From positions 49 to 64,048 of the forward strand of contig DXDW01000130.1 in assembly GCA_019115305.1 (NCBI GenBank): a stretch of 64,000 bases of DNA, read 5' to 3'. This DNA is from Candidatus Anaerofilum excrementigallinarum. GTDB lineage: Bacteria; Bacillota; Clostridia; Oscillospirales; Ruminococcaceae. The position numbers and the translations under genes were made by a program. How positions within the stretch are numbered: position 1 is the first letter of the stretch; each line of letters opens with the position of its first letter. Under the pieces are notes generated by a model. It worked only from the letters and a program-made list of their open reading frames with translations, searched no databases and was not told the DNA's origin. Below are positions 40,386 to 51,219 of the stretch, in pieces.

Positions 40386-41231
40386 TTATACCGCCAGCAC
40401 CACGCCGCCGTCGTTGGCATACACCGTGGATACCCCGCCGGTGGGCACCACGATCACTTCCCGCAGAGCCGCGCAGCCGGCCAGCAGGCTTTCCCGCAGG
40501 GCGGTGGCCCGGTCGGGACAGTTGCAGTGGCTCAGCACCAGTACCAGGCTTTTGGCCGGATGAGAGGCCAGGGCATTGTTTACAATCTCCACCAGACGGC
40601 GCAGGGCGTTCTGGGTGCCCCGCACCTTGTCCAGCTGGATGATCTCCCCGTGACCGTTTTCTCCCATAATGGGCCGGATGCTCAGCATAGTGCCCATCAG
40701 GCCGGCCACCTTGGAGATGCGGCCGTTTTTCACCAGGTTGGACAGGTCCTCCAGCACAAAGAAGGTCTTCATGGAATCGGCAAAGACCTCGGCCTTTTCC
40801 ACCACTTCTTCAAAAGACAGCCCGCCGTCGATGAGCTGCCGCAGCAGCAGAGCCTGGCGCAGCTCGCCGGCCGAGGCACTCTGGGAATCCAGCACATGGA
40901 TCTTCTTTTCGGGGTACTCCTCCAGCACCATATCCCGGGCCACGCAGGCAGCGTTGTAGCTGCCCGACAGCTTGCTGGACAAAGTGACCACCACGCTGGC
41001 CTCGGCGGCCCGCATGAGGGCGGCATAGCTCTCGGGGGAGGGGCAGGCGCTGGCGGCGGGCTGGTTGGTGGCCTTCATGGCAGCCAGCAGCTGGGGGATC
41101 TCGATGTGGCCGTCGTCGCAAAAGCTGGCGTCGCCGGCGCTCACCGTGAGGGGCGCAATGACAAACCGCATAGCCCGGCGCAAAGCGGGGGTGGTATCGC
41201 AGCAGCTGTCCACAATGATCTGTATTTCCAT
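40386..41231 (-). CDS. DegV family fatty-acid binding protein
   Basis: IIVDSCCD, LSSKLSGSY, DSQSAS, NLVKNGRI; start ATG 41231. Confidence 0.93.
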   Translation of the reverse strand: MEIQIIVDSCCDTTPALRRAMRFVIAPLTVSAGDASFCDDGHIEIPQLLAAMKATNQPAASACPSPESYAALMRAAEASVVVTLSSKLSGSYNAACVARDMVLEEYPEKKIHVLDSQSASAGELRQALLLRQLIDGGLSFEEVVEKAEVFADSMKTFFVLEDLSNLVKNGRISKVAGLMGTMLSIRPIMGENGHGEIIQLDKVRGTQNALRRLVEIVNNALASHPAKSLVLVLSHCNCPDRATALRESLLAGCAALREVIVVPTGGVSTVYANDGGVVLAV

Positions 41232-41475
41232 AGGTGTTTCCTCTCTCCGCTCACTGGAGCGGGCAGGCGCATCTTGTCTGCAAAATGGGATAATCTTATA
41301 TTCTATCTTATATTGTAGCCTCTGGGCCGAAAAAAGTAAAGGCTTTGCGCCCCCCCTCACCGGCCGGGCTCTGTGAAAAAAAGATGGAAAAGCCTCCTGC
41401 CTTTTGGCTTATCTCATAGTATAATGGAATGGATAAGAAAAAGCGGACGAAGGACCGCAAAAGGAGACAGACAGA

Positions 41476-42942
41476 ATGTGTGAGGTTTTGCCTGCCGCGC
41501 GGCGGCTATACGCCCTGGCAGCCGGGTGTTTCGGGGTGTTTTTCACGGCGGCTGCGGCGGTTTCCATAGGCTGCAGCCGAATCCCCTTTTATACGGTGCA
41601 GCCGGCGGTGCTGGCGGCCTTTGGGCTAAGTGCGGCGGCTGTGCTGGTACTGGCCTGGCAGGGCTGGCGGCGGCTGTGGCGGCAAGGGATTTCAGCCCGG
41701 ACCGAAGGTCTGCTGGCCGGCGGCGCTCTGGTGCTCTGGTGGGTGCTGCAGCTGACCATGGCCTGGTGGCTGGAAGTGACCCCCACCGAGACCTGGGATT
41801 TCGGGGTGGTGTTCTCCGCCGCCCGGCAGCTGGCCCAGGGGCAGCTGCCCGCGGGGGATTATTTCACCCTGTTTCCCAACAATATCCCCCTTTGCCTGGT
41901 ATTGGCGGGCTTTATGCGGATCTTCGGCACCGGCATGCTGCCGGCGCTGGTGCTGAACACCCTGGCGGTGAACCTCTCGGTGCTGTTCTGCTGGCGGCTG
42001 CTGCGGCGGCAGGCCGGCCCAGTGGCCGGGCTGTTCGGGCTGGGGGTCTGCCTGTGTCTGGCGCCGCTGCTGCTCTACGGCCCCATCGTCTACACCGACA
42101 CCCTCTCCATGCCCTTTGTCTGCGGCGGGGCCTGCCTGTGGAGCTGGGCCCGGGAAGGCAGCGCCCGGCGGCGGCTGGCGGGGCTGGCGGCTGTGGGGGC
42201 GGTGTGCGCCCTGGGCGGCTGGCTCAAGGTGACCGTGGCCATTCTGCTCATCGCCATCCTGCTGGACGCTCTGCTTTCCCTGCCGGGCCGGCAGAAAGCG
42301 GCGGCCGCGGCGGCTGTGGCGGTTTTTGCCCTGGCATACAGCGGGCTTTCGGCTCTGTCGGCATCCAGTCCGCTGGCCGGTGATCCCGACGCCGCCATTC
42401 CCCACAGCCACTGGGTGATGATGGGCCTCTCGGGAGATGGGGGCTACAACGACGACGATTACCAGCTCACTTTGGCGGCGGCCCCGGACAAGGCGGGGCG
42501 GGACGCCTTTGACAAAGCCGAGATCCTCGCCCGGCTACAGGCCATGGGGCCGGCGGGACTGCTGGAACATCTGGCCCACAAACTCAGCTATGTGTGGGGG
42601 GACGGCAGCTGCTATGCTCCCATGAAGCTGGATATCCGGCCGGTGCGGTCCAGCTGGCTGCAAAGCTACTGCATTCAGGGCATGGCCCACACCGGACGCA
42701 TTGTCTATCTGGCCACCGGGCTGCAGCTGGCGCTGCTGGGGCTGGCGGTATGGGGGGCCATACAGAGCGTGCGGCGGCAAAACTGGTCCATCTCCTTTGT
42801 GCAGATCGCCCTGCTGGGACTGGGGCTGTTCCTGCTGCTGTGGGAAGCCCGCAGCCGATATATTGTGAGTTTTCTGCCTCTGTTGGCTGTCTGCGGCGTA
42901 TGGGGGCTGTGTATGGAGCAAAAGAAGGCGCCGGGGTTGTAA
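41476..42942 (+). CDS. Multi-TM GT-C-type (glycosyltransferase family 39-like) membrane protein
   Basis: More than 10 hydrophobic segments, [27 protein letters not shown] motifs. Confidence 0.7.
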   Translation: MCEVLPAARRLYALAAGCFGVFFTAAAAVSIGCSRIPFYTVQPAVLAAFGLSAAAVLVLAWQGWRRLWRQGISARTEGLLAGGALVLWWVLQLTMAWWLEVTPTETWDFGVVFSAARQLAQGQLPAGDYFTLFPNNIPLCLVLAGFMRIFGTGMLPALVLNTLAVNLSVLFCWRLLRRQAGPVAGLFGLGVCLCLAPLLLYGPIVYTDTLSMPFVCGGACLWSWAREGSARRRLAGLAAVGAVCALGGWLKVTVAILLIAILLDALLSLPGRQKAAAAAAVAVFALAYSGLSALSASSPLAGDPDAAIPHSHWVMMGLSGDGGYNDDDYQLTLAAAPDKAGRDAFDKAEILARLQAMGPAGLLEHLAHKLSYVWGDGSCYAPMKLDIRPVRSSWLQSYCIQGMAHTGRIVYLATGLQLALLGLAVWGAIQSVRRQNWSISFVQIALLGLGLFLLLWEARSRYIVSFLPLLAVCGVWGLCMEQKKAPGL

Positions 42943-43043
42943 TCGGCCGCGGGGTCTGGTATGCTAAAAAGAGAGGTTTCCCCCGCAGCGGGGTGTTTTT
43001 TTGGCGGAAACGCCGCGTTTTTATGGAAAGAAAGGATGTTTGC

Positions 43044-44705
43044 ATGAAATCGGATATCCAGATCGCCCAGGAGGCCACTCTGCGGCCCATCACCCAGGTG
43101 GCGGCTCAGCTGGGTCTGGGAGAGGACGACATCTCCCTCTACGGCAAATACAAGGCCAAGATCGACCATCGGCTGGCCAAAAAGACCGATAAAAAGGGCA
43201 AGCTGATTCTGGTCACCGCCATCAGCCCCACTCCGGCCGGCGAAGGCAAGACCACCACCAGCGTGGGCCTGGCCGACGCTCTGTGCGCCATGGGCAAGTC
43301 CACCATGCTCTGCCTGCGGGAGCCCAGCCTGGGACCCGTGTTCGGCGTCAAGGGCGGCGCGGCCGGCGGCGGCTATGCCCAGGTGGTGCCCATGGAGGAC
43401 ATCAACCTCCATTTCACCGGAGATCTTCATGCCATCGGCGCGGCCAACAACCTGCTGGCTGCCATGATCGACAACCATATCTACCAGGGCAACGCTCTGG
43501 GGCTGGACGTGCGGCGCATCACCTGGAAGCGCTGTGTGGATATGAACGACCGGCAGCTGCGGTTCATCACCGACGGTCTGGGCGGCAAAACCAACGGCAC
43601 GCCCCGGGAGGACGGATTTGATATCACCGTGGCCAGCGAGATCATGGCCATCTTCTGCCTGGCCACCGATCTGGCCGATCTGAAGGATCGTCTGTCCCGC
43701 ATCGTGGTGGGCTACACCTACGCCGGTCAGCCGGTCACCGCCGGTCAGCTGGGGGCTGCCGGAGCCATGACCGCCCTGCTGAAGGACGCCTTCGACCCCA
43801 ACCTGGTGCAGACTCTGGAGGGCAACCCGGCCATCATCCACGGCGGTCCCTTCGCCAACATCGCCCACGGCTGCAACAGTGCCGTTGCCACCCGGCTGAG
43901 CCTGTCCCTGGCCGACTATGTGGTCACCGAGGCGGGATTCGGTGCCGATCTGGGCGCCGAGAAATTCCTGGACATCAAGTGCCGCAAGACCGGCCTGTGG
44001 CCTGACGCCGTGGTGCTGGTAGCCACTGTCCGGGCGCTGAAGCATCACGGGGGCTGCCCCAAGGAGGAGCTGGGGGTTCCCAATCTGGAATATCTGGAAA
44101 AGGGCGCCGCCAACCTGACCCGCCACATCGAAAACCTGCGGGATGTCTACGGGCTGCCGGTCTGTGTGGCCATCAACGCATTCCCCACCGATTCCGCCGA
44201 AGAGCACGAGCTGCTGCGCAAGCTCTGCGCCCAGCAGGGTGTGCCCTGCGCGCTCAGCGAGGTATTCGCCAAGGGCGGCGAGGGCGGCAAGGAGATGGCA
44301 CTGCAGGTGCTGGATATCCTGGAGACCACCCGGCCCAGGTTCGCTTACGAGACCGACGCTCCCCTGGCGGAAAAGATCGAGGCTGTCTGCCGCAAGGTAT
44401 ACCGCGCCCGGAGCGTCACCTACACTTTGGCCGCCAAAAAGGCCCTGGCTGAGATGGAGGCCATGGGGTACGGCGATCTGCCTGTCTGCATTGCCAAGAC
44501 CCAGTATTCCTTCTCGGACAACGCCAAGCTGCTGGCTGCTCCCACCGATTTCACCATGCAGGTGCGGGACGTGCGGCTGTCTGCCGGCGCCGGTTTTGTG
44601 GTGGTGATCATGGGCGCTATCATGACCATGCCCGGTCTGCCCAAAAAGCCCGCCGCTGAGAACATCGATGTGGACGAAAACGGCAAAATCACCGGCCTTT
44701 TCTAA
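43044..44705 (+). CDS. fhs: Formate--tetrahydrofolate ligase
   Basis: [49 protein letters not shown]. Confidence 0.97.
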   Translation: MKSDIQIAQEATLRPITQVAAQLGLGEDDISLYGKYKAKIDHRLAKKTDKKGKLILVTAISPTPAGEGKTTTSVGLADALCAMGKSTMLCLREPSLGPVFGVKGGAAGGGYAQVVPMEDINLHFTGDLHAIGAANNLLAAMIDNHIYQGNALGLDVRRITWKRCVDMNDRQLRFITDGLGGKTNGTPREDGFDITVASEIMAIFCLATDLADLKDRLSRIVVGYTYAGQPVTAGQLGAAGAMTALLKDAFDPNLVQTLEGNPAIIHGGPFANIAHGCNSAVATRLSLSLADYVVTEAGFGADLGAEKFLDIKCRKTGLWPDAVVLVATVRALKHHGGCPKEELGVPNLEYLEKGAANLTRHIENLRDVYGLPVCVAINAFPTDSAEEHELLRKLCAQQGVPCALSEVFAKGGEGGKEMALQVLDILETTRPRFAYETDAPLAEKIEAVCRKVYRARSVTYTLAAKKALAEMEAMGYGDLPVCIAKTQYSFSDNAKLLAAPTDFTMQVRDVRLSAGAGFVVVIMGAIMTMPGLPKKPAAENIDVDENGKITGLF

Positions 44706-44712
44706 TTTTTTA

Positions 44713-44885
44713 TTTTCTTCGGTCTTGCTTTTTCTTCGGTCTTGCCTCTGGCTCCCTGCGAGCCAGGGGCTTTTTCTTTTGCCTTTCACTCGCCGAAGGC
44801 AATCAGCGTTGGTTTTTCTTCGGTCTTGCCTCTGGCTCCTTGCGGGCCAGGGGCTTTTCTTTTGCCTTTCACGCGCCAAAGGCAA
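44713..44885. repeat. Tandem ~73-nt duplication, each copy with two hairpins
   Basis: Copies at 44729-44802 and 44813-44885 (TTTTTCTTCGGTCTTGCCTCTGGCTCC..GCCAGGGGCTTTT..TTGCCTTT..AAGGCAA) plus a 16-nt partial copy at 44713. Confidence 0.85.
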
Positions 44886-45031
44886 GCGGCGCCTGTCTTT
44901 GCAGTGTCTCCTGTGCCTTTTGAGGCCCTGTATGCGGGGCTTTTTTCCATATTCAAGCGGCAGACCGGTTCTGCCCTGTTTTCCCCCAAGTCTGCTCCGC
45001 CCCACAGCGGCCTTTCAAAGTCCGGATACAA

Positions 45032-45071
45032 CAAAAAACGCACCGTATGGCCAAAGGCCAAACGGTGCGTT
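45032..45071 (-). terminator. Intrinsic terminator of tRNA gene
   Basis: AACGCACCGT..ACGGTGCGTT stem followed by T-run on the minus strand. Confidence 0.8.
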
Positions 45072-45072
45072 A

Positions 45073-45148
45073 TGGTGGGCGCTAAGGAACTCGAATCCCT
45101 GACCCCCTGCACGTCAAGCAGGTGCTCTACCAGCTGAGCTAAGCGCCC
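45073..45148 (-). tRNA. tRNA-Val (GAC)
   Basis: GGGCGCTTAGCTCAGCTGGTAGAGCA-CCTGC-TTGACGT-GCAGG-GGGTC-AGGGA-TTCGAGT-TCCT-TAGCGCCCACCA; 76 nt, encoded CCA. Confidence 0.97.
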
Positions 45149-45169
45149 ATGTCGCAGTCGACGCTATAT

Positions 45170-45198
45170 ATTATAACGCCCTGCGAAGGGCTTGTCAA
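45170..45198 (-). promoter_or_regulatory. Consensus sigma-A promoter for tRNA-Val
   Basis: TTGACA-N17-TATAAT. Confidence 0.9.
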
Positions 45199-45226
45199 GG
45201 GATTTTGAAAAAATTTCGGATTTTGT

Positions 45227-45775
45227 TTATTTGGCGGTGTTGATGTACTGCCGGTTGCCCCAGAGGTACTGGACGCCCGAAATCAAAGTGGCGGCGCCCA
45301 CGGCCCACATCAGGATATGGGCCACCAGGGCGGTGGCGGGCACACCCAGGCCCAGCAGCACGAACACCACGATGATGGACACCATCTGCAGCACGGTTTT
45401 CACCTTGCCCCACATATTGGCGGCGATGACCTTGCCGCCGGGAGCGCCGGCCGCGATCATCCGCACGCCGGACACCGCGAATTCCCGGGCGATGATGATG
45501 ATCAGCACCACGGGATGGCACAGGCCCATCTGCACCAGGTAGATGATGGCGGTGGTGGTGAGGATCTTGTCGGCCAGAGGATCGGCAAACTTGCCGAAAT
45601 CGGTCACCAGACCCCATTTCCGGGCCAGATGGCCGTCCAGATAATCGGTGAAGCTGGCAATGGCGAACACCGCCACCGCCCACAGGTAATGACCGGCAAA
45701 GTCGATCTCCACCAGGGCCACGAACACAGGGATCAGCAGGATGCGCAGCAAAGTAAGCTTATTGGGCAGATTCAT
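45227..45775 (-). CDS. pgsA: CDP-diacylglycerol--glycerol-3-phosphate 3-phosphatidyltransferase
   Basis: MNLPNKLT, TDYLDGHLAR..VTDFGKFADPLADK. Confidence 0.96.
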   Translation of the reverse strand: MNLPNKLTLLRILLIPVFVALVEIDFAGHYLWAVAVFAIASFTDYLDGHLARKWGLVTDFGKFADPLADKILTTTAIIYLVQMGLCHPVVLIIIIAREFAVSGVRMIAAGAPGGKVIAANMWGKVKTVLQMVSIIVVFVLLGLGVPATALVAHILMWAVGAATLISGVQYLWGNRQYINTAK

Positions 45776-47106
45776 TTCTTTTCCTCCTCATTTACGGGCA
45801 CGGCGAACAGATCGTATTCGTCGCTCTCCTCCACCAGCACGGTGTAAAACTCGCCGGGATACAAGGGCTCCTCGCTGCGCACGCAGACCGCTCCGTCGAT
45901 GTCGGGAGCGTCGCCGGCGCTGCGGCAGAGGTACAGCCCGCTCTCCTCGTCCAGTCCGTCGCAGAGCACCCGCAGCGTGCGGCCCACCATGGCAGCCTGT
46001 TTTTCGGCCATGATGCCGGTCTGGATGCGCATGATGCTGTCGGCTCGCTGCTGCTTGGTGTCCTCGTCCAGCTGGTTTTCCATTTTGGCTGCCACGGTGC
46101 CCTCCTCCTGGGAATAGGCAAAGCAGCCCAGGCGGTCAAACTTCATCTCCCGCACAAACTGCTGCAGCTGGGCAAATTCCTCCTCGGTCTCCCCGGGATA
46201 ACCGGCGATCAAAGTGGTGCGCAGGGTGATGTCGGGCATGGCGGCCCGCAGCCGGCTCACCGCCGACCGGATGGTTTCCTCATCCCCTTTGCGGTTCATG
46301 CTCTTGAGCACCCGGGTCACCGAATGCTGGATGGGGATGTCGATGTAATGCAGCACCTTGCTGTTGCGCACCATGGCGGCGATGAACTCATCGGTGATCC
46401 GCTCGGGATAGGCGTAGAGCATGCGAATCCATTCAATGCCCTCCACCGGCTGCAGTTCGTCCAGCAGGCGGCAGATCTCGTTTTCGCCCCGGTCGTCTCC
46501 AAAGGCGGTGACGTCCTGGGCCACCAGAATCAGCTCTTTCACCCCCTGGGCGGCCAGCCAGCGGGCTTCGGCCACGCAGTCCTCCACGGTGCGGCTGCGC
46601 AGCGGACCCCGGATGGAGGGAATGGCGCAGTAGTGGCAGCAGTTGTTGCAGCCCTCGGCAATCTTCAGATAGGCGTAGTGCCGGGGAGTGCTCACCACCC
46701 GCTCGCCCCCCAGAGGCAGGGCGGTTTTGGGACCGTAGCTCTCCACCTTTTCGCCCCCGGCGATGCGCTCCAGAATGGCCACAATGGCCTCGCTGCTGCC
46801 CAGGCCTACGACACCGTCCACCTCGGGAATCTCGTCGGCAATCTGGCTCTGGTACCGCTGAGCCAGACAGCCGGTGACCACCACCTTGACGGCGGGGTTG
46901 TTCTTCTTATATTCGCAGGCCATGAGGATGTTCTCAATGGCCTCGCTCTTGGCGCTGTCGATAAAACCGCAGGTGTTTACCAGGATCATGTCGGCTTCCG
47001 ACAGATCGGCGGTGGTGGTGTGACCGGCGGCCAACAGACGGCGGCACATGACATCGGCGTCCACCTGGTTTTTGGGACAGCCCAGAGAAATGAGTGCAAA
47101 TACCAT
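45772..47106 (-). CDS. rimO: Ribosomal protein S12 methylthiotransferase
   Basis: SLGCPKNQVD, VNTCGFI, KIAEGCNNCCHYC radical-SAM motif, TRAM domain DAPDIDG. Confidence 0.93.
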   Translation of the reverse strand: MVFALISLGCPKNQVDADVMCRRLLAAGHTTTADLSEADMILVNTCGFIDSAKSEAIENILMACEYKKNNPAVKVVVTGCLAQRYQSQIADEIPEVDGVVGLGSSEAIVAILERIAGGEKVESYGPKTALPLGGERVVSTPRHYAYLKIAEGCNNCCHYCAIPSIRGPLRSRTVEDCVAEARWLAAQGVKELILVAQDVTAFGDDRGENEICRLLDELQPVEGIEWIRMLYAYPERITDEFIAAMVRNSKVLHYIDIPIQHSVTRVLKSMNRKGDEETIRSAVSRLRAAMPDITLRTTLIAGYPGETEEEFAQLQQFVREMKFDRLGCFAYSQEEGTVAAKMENQLDEDTKQQRADSIMRIQTGIMAEKQAAMVGRTLRVLCDGLDEESGLYLCRSAGDAPDIDGAVCVRSEEPLYPGEFYTVLVEESDEYDLFAVPVNEEEKK

Positions 47107-47125
47107 AAAATCCTCCCGAATTGGT

Positions 47126-47784
47126 TTATTCAAAATCCCGGCGTGCCTGCCAGCGCTCCAGCGCCCGGCGCACCTGGCCGCAGCCGAAGCCCCGGCGGGC
47201 CAGCGCCGCCCGCACCTTATCGGTGTCTCCGGCGGCCAGCCGACGGGCATACTGCCCTTCCAACAGCCGGTCCAGAGCGGCGGCGTCTCCCTCCTGCTCC
47301 TCGCTGCAAAGTTCTTCCAGCACCGTTTCGGCCAGCTGCCGGTCCACCCCTTTGTCGGCCAGATCCTGCAAGATCACCATCCGGCTGCGGTTTTTCCGCA
47401 GCAGCATACCGGCCCGGGTGCGGGCAAAGGCCTCGTCGTCCAGATAGCCCAGCCGCTCCATCTCCTCCACGGCCCAATCCACGGCGGGGCCGTCGTATTT
47501 CTGGGCCAGCTTGCGGGCCAGTTCCCGCCGGGCATACATCCGCCCGCTGACCAGCCGCAGGGCGGCGGCCCGGGCGTGGGCGTGTTCGCTTTTGTCCGCA
47601 AGCAGCCGAAGCTCCCCGCCGGACAGCAGGGAGCCATTTTTGATGGCCTGGGGCAGGCCGTATTGGTAATAGGTGTCCTCGTCCACCGAAAACAGGAAGC
47701 CCTCGGCGGTGAACAGCGCCACCAGACCCTGGCGGGTGCGGCCGGCCCGGGTGATCACCGCGGCGGGCAGCTCCAGCGGCCCGT

Positions 47785-47788
<4 letters not shown>
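47126..47788 (-). CDS. recX: Recombination regulator RecX
   Basis: [15 protein letters not shown]; directly downstream of recA. Confidence 0.88.
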
Positions 47789-48978
<1,190 letters not shown>

Positions 48979-49084
48979 CTCTGTCCTCCGCAATCTATGC
49001 TAGAAAGTGTGTAAAAATAAAAACTGTCTGAAACAAATTTCGCCTTTTGTGTTCCAAGGCCCTTCGGGCCTTGCCGACAGGCTT

Positions 49085-49114
49085 ATTATACCCGATTTTT
49101 CCCCGGCTTTGCAA
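49085..49114 (-). promoter_or_regulatory. Sigma-A promoter of recA
   Basis: TTGCAA-N18-TATAAT. Confidence 0.7.
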
Positions 49115-49161
49115 GGCGATAGAGCCCACCGGGGAAGAATATATGTCCCGTTTATGGGATG

Positions 49162-50094
49162 TTATAAAAACTGTCCCCGGACTACCCGGTCCCGTCCGGC
49201 GCCGTCGGGCAGAATCTGCACCGCCGATGCGCCGGCATCCCGCAGCAGCCCGGCCACTGCCGGGCCCTGGGCCGCGCCGATCTCAAAGGCCAGCCAGCCC
49301 CCCTTGGCCAGCAAAGGCGGGTAGTGGGCGGCGAAATAGCGGTAAAATTCCAGGCCGTTGTCCCGGCCCAGCAAAGCCATTTCCGGCTCGTGGGCCACCT
49401 CGGGGGAAAGCTCTTCCATCTCCCGGGCGGTGACGTAGGGGGGATTGGAGGCAATGATCCACCAGCCCCCGGGCATCGTCTTTTCCAGACCCATCACGTC
49501 CCCCTGCACCGGCGTCACCCGGCTGGCGGCGGTGTTGCGCACCAGATAGGTCCAGGCATCGGGGCTTTTTTCCACTGCCGTCACCTGGGCCTGGGGCAGC
49601 AGCCGGGCCATGCCCAGCCCCACGCAGCCGGTGCCGGCGCAGAGGTCCAGCAGCCGGGGCGGGCCGGAAAGAGAGGCCGGGGCGGCTTGGGGTGCTTCGG
49701 GCCAGCCCCCCAGCTGGTTGGCCAGGGCCTCGTCGGCCTCGGCCCCCAGCCGGCGGGCGCAGTCGGCAGCGGCCAGACACAGCACCTCGGTGTCGGGACG
49801 GGGAATCAGCACCCCGGGGCCCACCTCCAGCTCCATGTCCAGAAAGGGCCAGCGCCCCGCCAGGTATTGCAGCGGCCAGCGCTGGCACCGCTTTTGGCAC
49901 AGCTCCGCCAGCTTGGCGCACTGGGTATCGTCCAGAGGACCGGCCAGTCGGGGGTCGGCCCCATCCAGAGCCAGCCGCACCAGCTGCACCGCCTCAAAAG
50001 GCAGGTCGGCGGGGTCGATGCCCGCCTCTCGCAGCGCCTTTTTCACCAGCTGCACACAGCGGCTGCCGGACAGCCCGGCAAAATCCATCACCAC
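49162..50094 (-). CDS. prmC: Release factor glutamine methyltransferase
   Basis: PLQYLAG, VLIPRPDTE, DLCAGTG, SNPPY; start placed at GTG after GGAGG. Confidence 0.92.
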   Translation of the reverse strand: MVMDFAGLSGSRCVQLVKKALREAGIDPADLPFEAVQLVRLALDGADPRLAGPLDDTQCAKLAELCQKRCQRWPLQYLAGRWPFLDMELEVGPGVLIPRPDTEVLCLAAADCARRLGAEADEALANQLGGWPEAPQAAPASLSGPPRLLDLCAGTGCVGLGMARLLPQAQVTAVEKSPDAWTYLVRNTAASRVTPVQGDVMGLEKTMPGGWWIIASNPPYVTAREMEELSPEVAHEPEMALLGRDNGLEFYRYFAAHYPPLLAKGGWLAFEIGAAQGPAVAGLLRDAGASAVQILPDGAGRDRVVRGQFL

Positions 50095-51017
50095 AGGCTG
50101 TCCTCCCAGTTTTCGGGCAGCACCGGCTTCACGGCGGCAATGGCCACCTCGATCATGCTGTCGTCGGGCTCGCTGGTGGTGAGCCGCTGAATCCACAATC
50201 CCGGAGCCGAGATGATGCGGGTGAGGATGTTGTCATACCGGCCGGCCAGCTTGATGAGCTCGTAGCTGATGCCCATTACCACCGGCAGGGTGAGCAGCTT
50301 GAGGACGATGCGCAGCCCGGTGCTGCTCCAGGGCAGCAGGCTGGACACCAGAATGCTGATGAGGATCACCAGCACCAGAAAACTGGTGCCGCACCGGGGA
50401 TGGAACCGGCTGTGACGGCGGATGTTCTCCACCGTCAGCTCTTCCCCTGCCTCGTAGCAGGCGATGGTCTTGTGCTCGGCGCCGTGGTAGCGGAACATCC
50501 GCTTGATGTCCTTCATATTGCGCACCAGAGCCAGATAGCCGATGAAGATGGCGATCTTCAGCACGCCTTCCAGCAAAGCCCGCACCCCTTCCAAAGGCAG
50601 CACCTTGCCCAGCAGGCCCACAATGGTGGTGGGCAGCACCATGAACAGCACCAGGGCCAGCATGCCCCCCAGCACCGCCGCCAGACTCATAACAAAGTTC
50701 TGGGCCTTTTCCCCCAGATGCTCGTTGATCCACTTGTCCAGCTTGCTCTCCTCGGCCTCAAAGGCCTCCTCCCCCATGCTGATCTCGGCGGAGTACATCA
50801 GGCACCGGTAGCCCACGATCAGGCTCTCGATCATGCTCAGCACACCCCGCACCAGGGGGATCTTCTGCCAGGAAAAGGTGGTGACGGGGTCCAGCTTGGT
50901 CTCGATGCCGCCATCCGGCCGGCGCACCGCGGTGCAGACCTGGCGGGGTCCCCGCATCATGATGCCCTCGATGAGAGCCTGTCCCCCCACCGAGGTTTTG
51001 AATTTTTCTTTTTTCAT
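50088..51017 (-). CDS. DUF1385 / YqhQ-like membrane protein
   Basis: VGGQALIEGIMM, YHGAEHK, HPRCGTSF, QRLTTSEP. Confidence 0.9.
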   Translation of the reverse strand: MKKEKFKTSVGGQALIEGIMMRGPRQVCTAVRRPDGGIETKLDPVTTFSWQKIPLVRGVLSMIESLIVGYRCLMYSAEISMGEEAFEAEESKLDKWINEHLGEKAQNFVMSLAAVLGGMLALVLFMVLPTTIVGLLGKVLPLEGVRALLEGVLKIAIFIGYLALVRNMKDIKRMFRYHGAEHKTIACYEAGEELTVENIRRHSRFHPRCGTSFLVLVILISILVSSLLPWSSTGLRIVLKLLTLPVVMGISYELIKLAGRYDNILTRIISAPGLWIQRLTTSEPDDSMIEVAIAAVKPVLPENWEDSLW

Positions 51018-51219
51018 GGTATTTCCTCCCGCCCGCCCACCCGGGCCGGGCGCTGTTTTTTGATAGTATCCCACGGCCCTGCTTTGCAGACGCCGCAATA
51101 TATAATTATATCTTGTTCGGGCCCCTTTGTACATAAAAAAGCTGTGAATTTTCCGCCTTTTGGCTGCAAAAAAACCGCCCTCTGCCCCAAACAAGGCAAA
51201 AGGCGGCCTGTTTTTTTCT

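Noticed and set aside
42943-43043. ZMP/ZTP (pfl) or THF riboswitch upstream of fhs
   Set aside because: Leader is short and lacks the conserved pfl elements; only a promoter-like TTGTAA-N17-TATGCT and a weak hairpin plus T-run are visible
44713-44885. Possible CRISPR array
   Set aside because: Only two long copies with a 10-nt gap, no unique 30-40 nt spacers and no cas genes
44886-45148. Genomic island integrated at tRNA-Val
   Set aside because: No integrase, no duplicated tRNA 3' end seen in the window, housekeeping genes on both sides
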